DNA of 64,000 bases from Hyphomicrobiales bacterium (GCA_027487555.1 JAIYDI010000032.1:7249-71248); one strand, 5' to 3'; shown: positions 26,235-35,880, counted from the first letter of the stretch. The notes: generated by a model not told the origin, from the sequence alone. Program-made: numbers and translations.

Positions 26235-27493
26235 GCGTCCGCGAAGCTTACCTTTCCGGCCGCGTCGAATTCGTAAACGTCGTCGCGGAAGCTGACCGTA
26301 CCCTGCCGGTTGGCCCAGGCGGTAATGTAGGTGGTATGGATTGGCACCTGCACCTTGAGCGGCACGTCTTCACGCAAGCCGCCCTCAAAGGCGGCTTGCA
26401 CGGCGGGTAAGTCCCAGCCGCCATTGTCGCGCAACAACCAATCGACCAGCGTATCGATATTTTCTGCGCGCACGCAGCCCGATGAGAAGAATCGGGCATT
26501 TTCGCCGAACAGGCCTTTCTGCGGTGTATCGTGCATGTAGACGTCGTATTTATTGTAGAAGTCGATCTTGCATCGCCCGAGCGAATTGTCGGCACCTGGA
26601 TCCTGTCGAAACGTGTATTGGACCGCGTCTTCTGTCGACCAGTCGATGTCGCTGGGCTGCAGCTCCGCGCCATTGTCGTCGAAGATGCGAATACGGAACT
26701 TGGTGAGGTACTCCGGATCCTCGTTCATGTACTTGATTAGATCCTTCCGAATAATGCTTTTTGGGACCGTCCAGTACGGATTGAACTTAACCTGGTGAAT
26801 CTTGGAATTGAGGATCGGCGTCGCCCGGTCAGCCTTTCCCACCACCGCCGTGTGCCGCTGCACAACCTGCGCACCTTCAACAGCTTCGATCGTCGCCGCT
26901 GGGATGTTAACGACTAAATATCGATCGCTAAGCGTCGTGGCCCAGAACTCGATGCGCTGGGCGTTTAGCTTGAGCTGGTTGAGCCGGTAATCGGCAGGGA
27001 CGGACAGCGCGTAGAAGGTTGCTTCGTCGACGTGACCGTTGATATTGAGACCATGGCGAGCTTGGAACAGGCGCACTGCTGCGTCGAGTTTATCGTCGAA
27101 TTCGTCGTTGACGCGCTTTTCAAGCGGCATGTCGCCGTTGATCATCAGCCGTCGCTTGAGTAGTCCGGCCGCGCGCCGTGACTCGCCGAGCTGGAGGCCG
27201 AAAGCTTCTCGCGGCGGCAGCTCCCAGTTCCCGTTCGCAGCCACGAACGCCTCATAGTTCTGGATCGCGAGTTGCAGGTTACGGGCCGTGTTGAAGCTCA
27301 GGATCGGTTCGACCGCGTCAACCAGGCTCCTCGCCGTTGCAGTGTTACCCTCCACGTCGGCCCGCAAGGTTTTGCGCTTGCCGAACGACTCCCAGATTGT
27401 ATCGTTTTCTTGGGAGCGCGCCGCTGCTGAAAGGCATAGGCCGGCGCCAATAGCTGACAAGGTGGCAAGAAATTTTCGTCGATTGATTGGCAT
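26231..27493 (-). CDS. L,D-transpeptidase with peptidoglycan-binding domain (YcbB/LdtD-like)
   Basis: 420 aa. Tat/Sec signal RRKFLATLSAIGAGL; PG_binding_1-like LDAAVRLFQARHGLNINGHVDEATFYAL; catalytic YMHDTPQKGLFGENARFFSSGCVRA. Confidence 0.85.
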   Translation of the reverse strand: MPINRRKFLATLSAIGAGLCLSAAARSQENDTIWESFGKRKTLRADVEGNTATARSLVDAVEPILSFNTARNLQLAIQNYEAFVAANGNWELPPREAFGLQLGESRRAAGLLKRRLMINGDMPLEKRVNDEFDDKLDAAVRLFQARHGLNINGHVDEATFYALSVPADYRLNQLKLNAQRIEFWATTLSDRYLVVNIPAATIEAVEGAQVVQRHTAVVGKADRATPILNSKIHQVKFNPYWTVPKSIIRKDLIKYMNEDPEYLTKFRIRIFDDNGAELQPSDIDWSTEDAVQYTFRQDPGADNSLGRCKIDFYNKYDVYMHDTPQKGLFGENARFFSSGCVRAENIDTLVDWLLRDNGGWDLPAVQAAFEGGLREDVPLKVQVPIHTTYITAWANRQGTVSFRDDVYEFDAAGKVSFADA

Positions 27494-27788
27494 TAGAGAT
27501 ACTCCAAATCTGGTGTTGTCTGAGTTGGAAATAGAACCCGCTCACGTCGCGACCGTGTGCGCATTGGGGCTCGTAGCAACCTCACTGGGACCATCGTTTC
27601 GCGGAATGCTGCCGGCTGAAGTGGTCCATGCCGAAAGCGTCCAGATCGCAAGTTCCAAACCCGCGCGGAACGCCAAGCTGGCTTCGCCATCTAGCCGAAG
27701 AGAGCGTGCAGCGCGGCATCCTTGGCCGCGACTAGCTTCGTGTGCTCAACGAAGGCGGACGGTCGCCTGGTCGTGGTCCGGTATGGGA

Positions 27789-28271
27789 TTAGGAGATGGG
27801 CGGCATCAGCATCGGGTTGGATGTCCTGCCGTCAGGTAGCAAAGCTACCAATGGGGACGGTGATACTTTGGTCGTGCGGAAGCTGGTGATGATCGGCTCG
27901 GCAACCGGCTGAAGTGACCCCAGACACAGCTGCACGCAGTTCAGCGTCTTGTTAGCACCGCAATGCTCACAGTCACTATCAAGCGCGCTAACCTGGCTAG
28001 CGGAGCTTTGAGCGACGACTTCAGGAATATGGGCGTAAGCCGGTGCAATGGCATTAGCCATGAGGAGCGTTAGCAGCACAGTAGTGACGTTTTGCAGCCA
28101 TACGGCCATGAAGCAACCTACCTTATTCGAAACACTCTGCCGTACCCGAGCGGCCAGCGGCCTTAATCGAGCAGCCATGTTGGGCGCTTCGATGGCAGAG
28201 CGAGCAATAAGCGGCGGTCCACTGCGATGGAGATGGCTATTCACAAGGTGCAGGGTCCTTTTGTCGCTCAC
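27789..28271 (-). CDS. Small secreted protein, HC...PP-tail family member 4
   Basis: ORF start 28271 overlaps the cytochrome c stop by 4 nt. The signal-like segment MAVWLQNVTTVLLTLLMANAIAPAYA begins at the internal ATG 28109, an alternative start. Motif CEHCGANKTLNCVQLC; C-terminal SNPMLMPPIS. Confidence 0.4.
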   Translation of the reverse strand: MSDKRTLHLVNSHLHRSGPPLIARSAIEAPNMAARLRPLAARVRQSVSNKVGCFMAVWLQNVTTVLLTLLMANAIAPAYAHIPEVVAQSSASQVSALDSDCEHCGANKTLNCVQLCLGSLQPVAEPIITSFRTTKVSPSPLVALLPDGRTSNPMLMPPIS

Positions 28272-28699
28272 TGCGAGTCGGCATGTGCACGGGCCGCCTG
28301 ATACGCCTTGGCACGTTTGGTCCAGGTGCTTTTGATGTACTCAAGCACCTGAGTGATCTGCTCATCGGTAAGCACCTCACTGAACGCGGGCATATCGCTC
28401 TCGTATCCGGGTGCAATTGCCCCCAATCCGAATTTCACTATCTTAAAAATCTGCCTGTCGGAATGATGCCATGTGTGCCCCGTCTCGTCGTGCGGCGGAG
28501 CTGGCAGACGTCCGCTGGGTAGTCGTTTCATCCAATCGGGCTGACCTTCCAGATTTACACCATGGCAACTCGCGCAGCGGGAGAGGTAGAGGGTTCGCCC
28601 AACTTCCGTGTCGCTCGAACGAGCAGAAGCTAAGTACCCGTACGCGACCGCGGCCAAGACTAACATCACCACGAGAAGGCCGAATGCTATTGCCCTCAT
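28268..28699 (-). CDS. Membrane-anchored monoheme c-type cytochrome
   Basis: 143 aa with CASCHG heme site and PAPPHDETGHTWHH motif. It is a paralog of 60253..60714. Confidence 0.8.
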   Translation of the reverse strand: MRAIAFGLLVVMLVLAAVAYGYLASARSSDTEVGRTLYLSRCASCHGVNLEGQPDWMKRLPSGRLPAPPHDETGHTWHHSDRQIFKIVKFGLGAIAPGYESDMPAFSEVLTDEQITQVLEYIKSTWTKRAKAYQAARAHADSQ

Positions 28700-29553
28700 T
28701 TGCCAAAGGGCACAAAGCTCTGGCCACCGTCGAAACTCTCCAGAACCAAACTCTCGTCAGTGACGGCAACAAGGTGGTCGGGTGTTTTCGGGTCGACAGC
28801 CAGATGGAGAATGTAGCTTTCCCCCAGGCTGCCCATGAGTGCTTCCCAGTCCCCCGCGATTGACAGTCGATACAGGCCAACACCTGCAAAGTAGACATAG
28901 ATGGAACCGTCGGACGTCGACTCAACCATAGTAACCGGGCGGCCGACGGGTCCTGCCAGCGTCCAGGTCCCGCCGCGGTCGATACTCTGCATCAAGCCGT
29001 CAGCAGTCCCGGCATAGACTGCATCCGGATCGGTCGGCGAGACTGACAAGTCTATGAGCTTTTCCGGGGCGGGGCCAACCATCTCCCAGCTCCGCCCGCC
29101 GTCCCGGCTGACCTGGATGCCCCTGTAGACACCATACATAACCTCAGGGTCACTGGCGCTTATTGCCATTGCATGAAAGTCGACCGGTCCGTTATCGCCA
29201 TCTGAAATTCTTGCCCAGCTGACACCGCCATTGGTGGAGATGATCACCCCCAGATTCCCGCCCTGCCCTTGATGACCGCTGGCGAGGAGCCTGCCCGGGT
29301 CAGCAGGGTCGGGACTGAAGCCCATATAGTCGCTGGCATCAACCGAAACGGTCTCGGCCGTGCCATCCGGCGCGGCGCGGAAGATGCCGTAGTGAGTAGC
29401 AAGAAGTATTGCGCCCGGCGTTGACGCATCGAACCCGATTCCGTGTATGTGCGAGACATCGGCCAGCGTTAGCTCTTCCGAACGGGCAAGGTTCGTGAAG
29501 CCAAGGCAAGCGAGCGCCAACATTGCCAACTGCCGTGGATAACGGACGCGCAT
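28696..29553 (-). CDS. BNR/Asp-box repeat beta-propeller protein (sialidase/sortilin-like fold), exported
   Basis: ORF to 29736 trimmed to ATG 29553 (GGGAG RBS; signal MRVRYPRQLAMLALACLGFTNLARS). Asp-box repeats STNGGVSWARI, SRDGGRSWEM, SIDRGGTWTL and SFDGGQSF. Confidence 0.7.
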   Translation of the reverse strand: MRVRYPRQLAMLALACLGFTNLARSEELTLADVSHIHGIGFDASTPGAILLATHYGIFRAAPDGTAETVSVDASDYMGFSPDPADPGRLLASGHQGQGGNLGVIISTNGGVSWARISDGDNGPVDFHAMAISASDPEVMYGVYRGIQVSRDGGRSWEMVGPAPEKLIDLSVSPTDPDAVYAGTADGLMQSIDRGGTWTLAGPVGRPVTMVESTSDGSIYVYFAGVGLYRLSIAGDWEALMGSLGESYILHLAVDPKTPDHLVAVTDESLVLESFDGGQSFVPFGK

Positions 29554-29812
29554 TTCACGCTCCCTATAAGTTTTGAAAGCCACACCCGATTCCACTTGCG
29601 ATGGCTTCAGCGACGGAGTTTGACCGGCTTCAAGCCTAGCAATTTGGAAGTGCCCTCCACGCCACATCGCGAGGTGCCAAACAGACGAGACCATCAGCAG
29701 GTAGGTCAAGTCACGTGTTGGAGACCAGATGTCCAAACGCTAGATCGGCCTTGGCGATCTTCCATCCTCGAGTAGCGAATTTGGGCCAATGCGCACCCAG
29801 GGTCTTCCTGGT

Positions 29813-30229
29813 TCAATGATGCTGACTGAGTTTAAGGCCATCCCGTCCCGCAAGACTCTCAATGATCGGGCAGTCGGGCCGGTGGTCGCCATCGCAGGCA
29901 TCCGCAAGGTGCGTTAGCGTTGCCCGCATCTCATCGAGCAATCGAATCTTCTTCTCAAGCTCGGCGACATGTACCAGCGCTAAGGCTTTCACGTCCTTGC
30001 TCGACCTGGACTGGTCGCCCCAGAGTTTGAGGAGGTCTCGTATCTCTGCGATCGAGAAACCAAGATCACGCGCCCGGCGGATGAACCCCAGGCGGTGCAG
30101 ATCGTGATGAGAGTAATCACGATAATTGCTGTCGCGGCGGTCAGCTGCCGGAACCAGACCGATGAACTCGTAATGCCGGATCATTTTCGCCGAAACGCCC
30201 GTCGCCTTTGCGGCTTCTCCGATCTGCAT
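29813..30229 (-). CDS. cueR: MerR-family Cu(I)-responsive regulator (second CueR/HmrR paralog)
   Basis: ORF to 30397 trimmed to ATG 30229. HTH MQIGEAAKATGVSAKMIRHYEFIGLV; metal loop CDGDHRPDC (Cys-x7-Cys). Divergent from the ATPase at 30326. Confidence 0.9.
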   Translation of the reverse strand: MQIGEAAKATGVSAKMIRHYEFIGLVPAADRRDSNYRDYSHHDLHRLGFIRRARDLGFSIAEIRDLLKLWGDQSRSSKDVKALALVHVAELEKKIRLLDEMRATLTHLADACDGDHRPDCPIIESLAGRDGLKLSQHH

Positions 30230-30262
30230 GACCAAAACTCTCCAGCGCCACAAAATAGGGCA

Positions 30263-30286
30263 TTGACCTTGCCATTGTGGGAAGGT
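30263..30286 (+). promoter_or_regulatory. CueR-type promoter-operator in the divergent cueR/ATPase intergenic region
   Basis: TTGACCTTGCCATTGTGGGAAGGT has a 19-nt spacer to CAGAAC. It is 40 nt upstream of ATG 30326. Confidence 0.7.
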
Positions 30287-30325
30287 GCAGAACCAGAAGT
30301 AGATCGACATTGAAAAGGTTTCAAG

Positions 30326-32959
30326 ATGTCCGAGCTGGGCCACCAACACTCGCACAAACATGCAGACGGCACGGATTGCAGCTGCGCAGTGCCTCACGAA
30401 TCAGACTCAAAAACTGCAATTGATCCGGTTTGCGGGATGACTGTCGTCAAGGAGGGCGCGAAGCACACGGCTACCGTGGACAGCAAGACCTACTATTTTT
30501 GCTCGGCGGGCTGTCGCACCAAATTCCTCGCCAACCCTGACGCATTTGTTCAAAAGCCGGAGGCCCACAGCCACGGTCCCCATAGTCAGGGCGATCACAA
30601 CGACCGGCATCCCGCGCACGCCGATCAACGCAGTCACAATCGCGCGTCCGAGCCGCCCCTGCCCCTGGAGGTCAAAGACCCAGTTTGCGGCATGGACGTC
30701 AACCCAGCGACGGCGAAGTACAGCGCCACCCATGAGGGGCAGACCTACTACTTCTGCTCCGGGAGCTGCGAAGCGAAATTCAAGGCAAATCCGCTCCAGT
30801 ATCTGAAGTCGGACATTGCCAAGGCTTCAGAAGCACCCGTCGCAGAGGGTACAATCTACACCTGCCCGATGCACCCACAAATCAGACAGGCCGGACCGGG
30901 GTCTTGCCCGATCTGTGGGATGGCACTCGAACCCGAAATTCCGTCAGCAGAAACGGGTCCGTCCGCAGAGCTCAGCGACATGACCAGGCGCTTCTGGGTG
31001 GCGACGGCCCTTTCTGTGCCGGTGGTCATCCTTGGTATGGGTGCGGAACTTCTGCAACTGCACCGTTTGATTTCGGGAACCTGGCTCAATTGGCTGCAGC
31101 TTGTCATTGCCACACCCGTGGTCCTGTGGGCTGGCTGGCCGTTTTTCCAGCGTGGACTAGCTTCGATCAGTAACCGGTCACTCAATATGTTCACGCTCAT
31201 TGCGATGGGCGTTGGTGTTGCATGGCTCTATTCCGTCGTCGCAACGGTTGCTCCCCAGCTTTTCCCCGTCACCATGAAGACCATGGACGATGCCGTCGGG
31301 GTTTATTTCGAAGCGGCTGCCGTCATCACTGCCCTTGCGTTGCTGGGTCAGGTGTTAGAGTTGCGCGCGCGTGAACAAACTTCGGGCGCGATCCGCGCCT
31401 TGCTTGACCTTACCCCCAAGACCGCACGACGCATCCGCAAGGATGGCTCCGATGAAGAGGTGCAGATCGATACCATTGTAGTTGGCGATACCCTGCGCGT
31501 GCGCATGGGCGAAAAGGTACCCGTCGATGGCACCGTCCGGGACGGTCGTTCCGCCGTAGATGAGTCCATGGTCACCGGCGAATCCATGCCAGTCACCAAA
31601 GACAAGGGCGACCGCCTGATCGCCGGCACCATCAATCAGTCTGGCGCACTCGTCATGGAGGCAGCCAAGGTCGGTCGCGACACAATGCTCGCTCAAATCG
31701 TCCAGATGGTCGCGAACGCCCAACGCTCGCGAGCGCCTATTCAGCGCCTGGCCGATCAGGTCTCGGGCTGGTTTGTGCCGCTGGTCATCGTGATTGCCAT
31801 CGCCGCATTCTTCGCGTGGTTCCTTATCGGACCGGAACCGCGATTCGCGCATGGCCTCGTTGCGGCCGTCTCTGTGCTGATCATCGCGTGCCCTTGTGCG
31901 CTTGGTCTTGCAACGCCAATGTCGATCATGGTTGGCGTCGGCAAGGGAGCCGGTATGGGTCTTCTCATCAAGAATGCCGAGGCTCTGGAAAGATTTGAAA
32001 AGGTCAACACGCTCGTCGTGGACAAGACCGGCACGCTCACCGAAGGCAAACCTGCTGTCACTGCCGTGATAACCGCGGGAAAGATAGCTGAGGATGAGCT
32101 AGTCCGTGTCGCCGCGAGCCTCGAGCGCACAAGCGAGCATCCTCTCGCCCAGGCGATCGTCCGCGCCGCGACCGAACGGAAAATAACTCTCAGCGAGCCG
32201 TCTGAAGTTGATTCCCCGGTCGGCAAGGGCGTGACCGGTCTCGTAGAGGGTAAACGCGTTCAGATCGGCAGCGCGAAGTATCTTGAAAGCGAAGGCGTGC
32301 CTGCTGCAGCCCTAACTGAGAAGGCAAATGAGCTTCGCGCGCGCGGTGCCACGGCAATTCTTGTGGCAATTGAAGGCCAGTTGGCGGGAGCCATTGGCAT
32401 TGCCGACCCCATTCGCAAGACGACCAAGGCGGCATTGAGTGCCCTGCGTGCGGAAGGCATCCGCGTCGTCATGATGACAGGAGACAACGAGGTAACGGCG
32501 AAAGCCGTTGCAAGAGAGCTTGGGATTGACGAAGTCGAAGCTGACGTTTTGCCGGAGCGCAAAAGTGAAGTCGTGACGCGGCTTCGCTCCGAAGGTCGCA
32601 TCGTAGCCATGGCAGGGGATGGTGTGAATGACGCGCCAGCGCTGGCAAGCGCGGATGTCGGCATTGCTATGGGCGGAGGAACCGACGTTGCCATCGAGTC
32701 GGCAGGTGTGACGCTCCTTTACGGCGACCTGCAGGGAATCGTGAAGGCGAGGCAACTTTCGCAGGCCACAATGCGGAACATCCGGCAAAACCTGTTCTTC
32801 GCTTTTATCTACAACGCGGCAGGTGTCCCCATTGCAGCAGGAATCCTCTATCCGGTAACGGGACTCTTGCTGTCTCCGGCGCTCGCCGCCGCTGCGATGG
32901 CCCTCTCGTCGGTTAGCGTCATCGGTAATGCGTTGAGGCTTCGCGCCGCGAAGCTTTGA
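30326..32959 (+). CDS. Copper-exporting P1B ATPase with two TRASH/YHS domains plus a CPxCG metal-binding module
   Basis: 877 aa. DPVCGMTV...YYFCSAGC and DPVCGMDV...YYFCSGSC (YHS/TRASH); YTCPMHPQIRQAGPGSCPICGM; TM CPC (IACPCALGLATP); DKTGTLT; GDGVNDAPAL; MALSSVSVIGNALRLR. Confidence 0.95.
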   Translation: MSELGHQHSHKHADGTDCSCAVPHESDSKTAIDPVCGMTVVKEGAKHTATVDSKTYYFCSAGCRTKFLANPDAFVQKPEAHSHGPHSQGDHNDRHPAHADQRSHNRASEPPLPLEVKDPVCGMDVNPATAKYSATHEGQTYYFCSGSCEAKFKANPLQYLKSDIAKASEAPVAEGTIYTCPMHPQIRQAGPGSCPICGMALEPEIPSAETGPSAELSDMTRRFWVATALSVPVVILGMGAELLQLHRLISGTWLNWLQLVIATPVVLWAGWPFFQRGLASISNRSLNMFTLIAMGVGVAWLYSVVATVAPQLFPVTMKTMDDAVGVYFEAAAVITALALLGQVLELRAREQTSGAIRALLDLTPKTARRIRKDGSDEEVQIDTIVVGDTLRVRMGEKVPVDGTVRDGRSAVDESMVTGESMPVTKDKGDRLIAGTINQSGALVMEAAKVGRDTMLAQIVQMVANAQRSRAPIQRLADQVSGWFVPLVIVIAIAAFFAWFLIGPEPRFAHGLVAAVSVLIIACPCALGLATPMSIMVGVGKGAGMGLLIKNAEALERFEKVNTLVVDKTGTLTEGKPAVTAVITAGKIAEDELVRVAASLERTSEHPLAQAIVRAATERKITLSEPSEVDSPVGKGVTGLVEGKRVQIGSAKYLESEGVPAAALTEKANELRARGATAILVAIEGQLAGAIGIADPIRKTTKAALSALRAEGIRVVMMTGDNEVTAKAVARELGIDEVEADVLPERKSEVVTRLRSEGRIVAMAGDGVNDAPALASADVGIAMGGGTDVAIESAGVTLLYGDLQGIVKARQLSQATMRNIRQNLFFAFIYNAAGVPIAAGILYPVTGLLLSPALAAAAMALSSVSVIGNALRLRAAKL

Positions 32960-33042
32960 TCTGGGACAATGCGGCAGGCGCAGCGACCGTAGAAAAAGGG
33001 CCGGACGTGCCGGGAACAGGCCCCAACAACCAACGAGCTACA

Positions 33043-33555
33043 ATGCGCACTTATGACCATGCTGCCGAGGAAACGGGGGGTATCGACGCTCCCGTGGAAA
33101 CCGTGTTCGCCTTCCTCGACGATCAGGCGAATTTATCGTCGCATATGAGTAAATCGTCCCCGATGATGTTTGGAACAACCATGTCCCTTCACATGGAGGC
33201 CGACCATACCCGCAGTGTTGGCTCCCGGTTCGGATTTGTCGGTAAAGCTTTTGGCGTCCCGCTTCGAGTGGAGGAAATTGTCACGGCGCGGACGCCCCCG
33301 CTTAGCAAAGCATGGGCAACCACCGCCGAGCCCGTTCTCTGGGTTATCGGAGCATATGCCATGAGTTTCGACCTCATTCCCCGTGAAGATGGCTCGACCC
33401 TTAAAGTTCAAATTGATTACGACCTGCCTCGCGCGCCTCTGCCGCGCCTCCTGGGAGTTTTCTTCGGTGGTTTCTATGCGCGGTGGTGCGTGGGACAGAT
33501 GCTCAATGATGCCAAGCGGCACTTTGCCCTACCAAATCATGTGGTGGCATCGTGA
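33043..33555 (+). CDS. SRPBCC (START/polyketide cyclase-like) family protein
   Basis: ORF from 32956 trimmed to ATG 33043. VETVFAFLDDQANLSSHM...YDLPRAPLPRLLGVFFGGFYARWCVGQMLNDA has the typical SRPBCC layout. Confidence 0.6.
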   Translation: MRTYDHAAEETGGIDAPVETVFAFLDDQANLSSHMSKSSPMMFGTTMSLHMEADHTRSVGSRFGFVGKAFGVPLRVEEIVTARTPPLSKAWATTAEPVLWVIGAYAMSFDLIPREDGSTLKVQIDYDLPRAPLPRLLGVFFGGFYARWCVGQMLNDAKRHFALPNHVVAS

Positions 33556-34082
33556 GCGTAAAGGCCAACTGGTATGTCATCACTGGTGGCCCAAGCTCCG
33601 GCAAGACGACTACCGTCAATCTCTTGCGGAACCGCGGCTACGTCACAACCATTGAGCATGCGCGGCACTACATCGACACGCAGCGCATAACGGGGCGAAG
33701 CGTAAAAGACATTCGCTCGAACCAGCGCGAGTTTCAGCGCAGCGTCATCGACATGCAGATTGAACAAGAAGCGGCACTCGATCGACACGCGCTTACGTTT
33801 CTCGATCGTGCGCTTCCTGACGCTCTGGCGTACTATCGAATGCTGGCGATCGCGCCTGATCCTGACTATCTGTCCCAGCTGCAGAGAACCACCTACCGCG
33901 GTATTTTCGTTCTCGATCTTTTGCCACTCGCGCCCGACTACGCACGCAACGAGGATCGCGCGGGACAGGTGGCAATTCATGATTTGCTATCCACTGCTTA
34001 TCGCGAGTTGGGATACGATCCCTTGCCGGTGCCGGTACTCCCTGCAGAATCCCGCGTGGACTTCATTCTGGCTCACTTGTGA
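33552..34082 (+). CDS. P-loop ATPase (AAA_28/NadR-like)
   Basis: 176 aa; the GTG start overlaps the previous stop. Walker A VITGGPSSGKTT. Confidence 0.65.
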   Translation: MSVKANWYVITGGPSSGKTTTVNLLRNRGYVTTIEHARHYIDTQRITGRSVKDIRSNQREFQRSVIDMQIEQEAALDRHALTFLDRALPDALAYYRMLAIAPDPDYLSQLQRTTYRGIFVLDLLPLAPDYARNEDRAGQVAIHDLLSTAYRELGYDPLPVPVLPAESRVDFILAHL

Positions 34083-34536
34083 GGGTGTCTTGACAACGAC
34101 TTTTGTTTCAAACTTGACGGCCTGAAGGACCCCCGATGTGGCGCCGTTCCACCGTTCCACCGTGCGCCCCAGTGCAGCAGAAACTTCCTACCTCAATTGC
34201 AGATACTCATTTTGTTGCGACTTTGATTTCTTTCAAACACCACTAGGTGGTCATCGTCACGCAGCTGACCTGCCGTCAATTAGTTCAAGTGCACATTTGA
34301 ATTGGGCATCCATGAGAGCTTGGACGGTCCCGCAACTGTTGCGAACACCATGGTGCTGCTCTTTGTGAGGGTCCCACGGCAGCCGCCTGAGCCCTGCCGT
34401 ATCGGCCCACCGCCGGATGCGCGTTCGAAATCGGAAACGCGCTCAAGGGCTGATCACTATGCTTTGCCCACAGTCACGGAACCGGCCTTAATTGTGACAG
34501 CTGCACGCCATAGCGAGCGGGCGGGGTGGAGTCGGA

Positions 34537-35232
34537 GTGCGTGACACAATTTTGGAAGGACGTGGAACTTCCGAGCCGCCGAACGCGGCGCGCTTTAGCT
34601 CAGTTGCCATTCCCGGCTCGTTGCTGGTGCACATCGCAATCCTGATGGTTGTTTCAATGACTGCAATCGACCGGCCACTTCCGCCCTCCGCGCTGCCCCG
34701 CAGCATCGAAGTCGAGATTGTAACCGAGCTCGAATACAGGGACGCTTTCGAACTACCTCCAAAAGCAACTATTGCGCCGCTTGTCGTGCCGCAGCTTGCA
34801 GAGGAGCCAAACGCTACCCCACCGGCTCCGGCAGACGGAATGAAGCATGCTACCGAACTCTTCGCCAGCGGGGTGCTTGCCGATCCAAAAAACCGACAGG
34901 TGCGAGAAACGCTCCCGCTGTTAGAGGGGACCGAACGCATCGTACAGTTATGTGTCATCGAAGGTCTCGAGCAACTGCGTTCCGAAAAACCGGAGCCGCT
35001 TCCAGACTCCATTTCAGCCGCTGCATTTGGTCCCTCAATCCTGCGTGGGTATACACTTGAAGCGAACGACGCCGCGTACCGAGCTGCACAAAAGTGGTAT
35101 CGGCTGGCTTTTGCCTGCACCGTCGCCCCGAACTTTGCCGGAGTTGAAGCCTATGCTTTCAAAACCGGCGAGATTATCCCGGAGGCCGATTGGGATGCGC
35201 ACAATCTCATTGCGGAGGACGAGGATGAATAG
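34537..35232 (+). CDS. DUF930-like protein with N-terminal membrane anchor
   Basis: 231 aa. IVQLCVIEGLEQL...AAYRAAQKWYRLAFACTV...FKTGEIIPEADW follows the QLC...WY.L.F.C...IP..W pattern I associate with DUF930. Confidence 0.5.
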   Translation: MRDTILEGRGTSEPPNAARFSSVAIPGSLLVHIAILMVVSMTAIDRPLPPSALPRSIEVEIVTELEYRDAFELPPKATIAPLVVPQLAEEPNATPPAPADGMKHATELFASGVLADPKNRQVRETLPLLEGTERIVQLCVIEGLEQLRSEKPEPLPDSISAAAFGPSILRGYTLEANDAAYRAAQKWYRLAFACTVAPNFAGVEAYAFKTGEIIPEADWDAHNLIAEDEDE

Positions 35233-35452
35233 AATGTATGGAACTCACGTTCGCGAAACGTGAACTGCCAAGAAAGCTTGCGCCCCGAGGCGGGATCTCG
35301 CGCGGCTTGCGCACCCAAAGCCCGGCCACGGCAACAAGGTCGAGGTCTAGTCCGGGCTGGAATAGAGCGCGCCGACCGGCAGCCCCCGGCTGGCTTCGGC
35401 GGTAGCATCCTGACCCTTGCATTCGCTATAAAGGTGCGTTTTGTGAGGCGAG

Positions 35453-35671
35453 ATGGAGGGGCAGATGTCTGACAGAGTGACAATACGAGTGGACCAAGTG
35501 CTGATCGACGCCCTTGACAGATTCCGTGCCGCTAGCGGGCCCGACTCTCGCTCTCGGCAGGACGTTCTGCGCCATATCATTGAGGACTGGCTAGCGACGC
35601 ATGGATATCTGCCCATGCCCTCCAGGGAACTCCAGCAGGATCAGTTTCGCGAGCCCCCGTCGTCGCCGTGA
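35453..35671 (+). CDS. Ribbon-helix-helix (CopG/Arc-like) protein, tentative
   Basis: 72 aa. The strand-helix-helix pattern is DRVTIRVDQVLIDALDRFRAASG...RQDVLRHIIEDWL. Confidence 0.45.
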   Translation: MEGQMSDRVTIRVDQVLIDALDRFRAASGPDSRSRQDVLRHIIEDWLATHGYLPMPSRELQQDQFREPPSSP

Positions 35672-35880
35672 CTACGCTCCGGGCATACCACGCGGCTCAC
35701 TGGCTTGGCCGTGCAGTCATCACGGAATGAGACAAACACGCCAATGCACAAGACATTGACGGGTCAGTGGCCGCGCTGTTCTGCCCGGAACTCTGACATC
35801 ATTAGCGATCGGTGTAGCGCCCGCCCAATCGCAAGGCACTACGTCCTCATTGAGAAACGAATGTCGGCTGCGCAACTCGG

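Noticed and set aside
29704-29710. TTGACC about 150 nt upstream of the BNR-propeller operon as another MerR-type promoter
   Set aside because: It has the CTTGACCTAC start but no dyad partner (GGTCTCG versus GGTAGGT).
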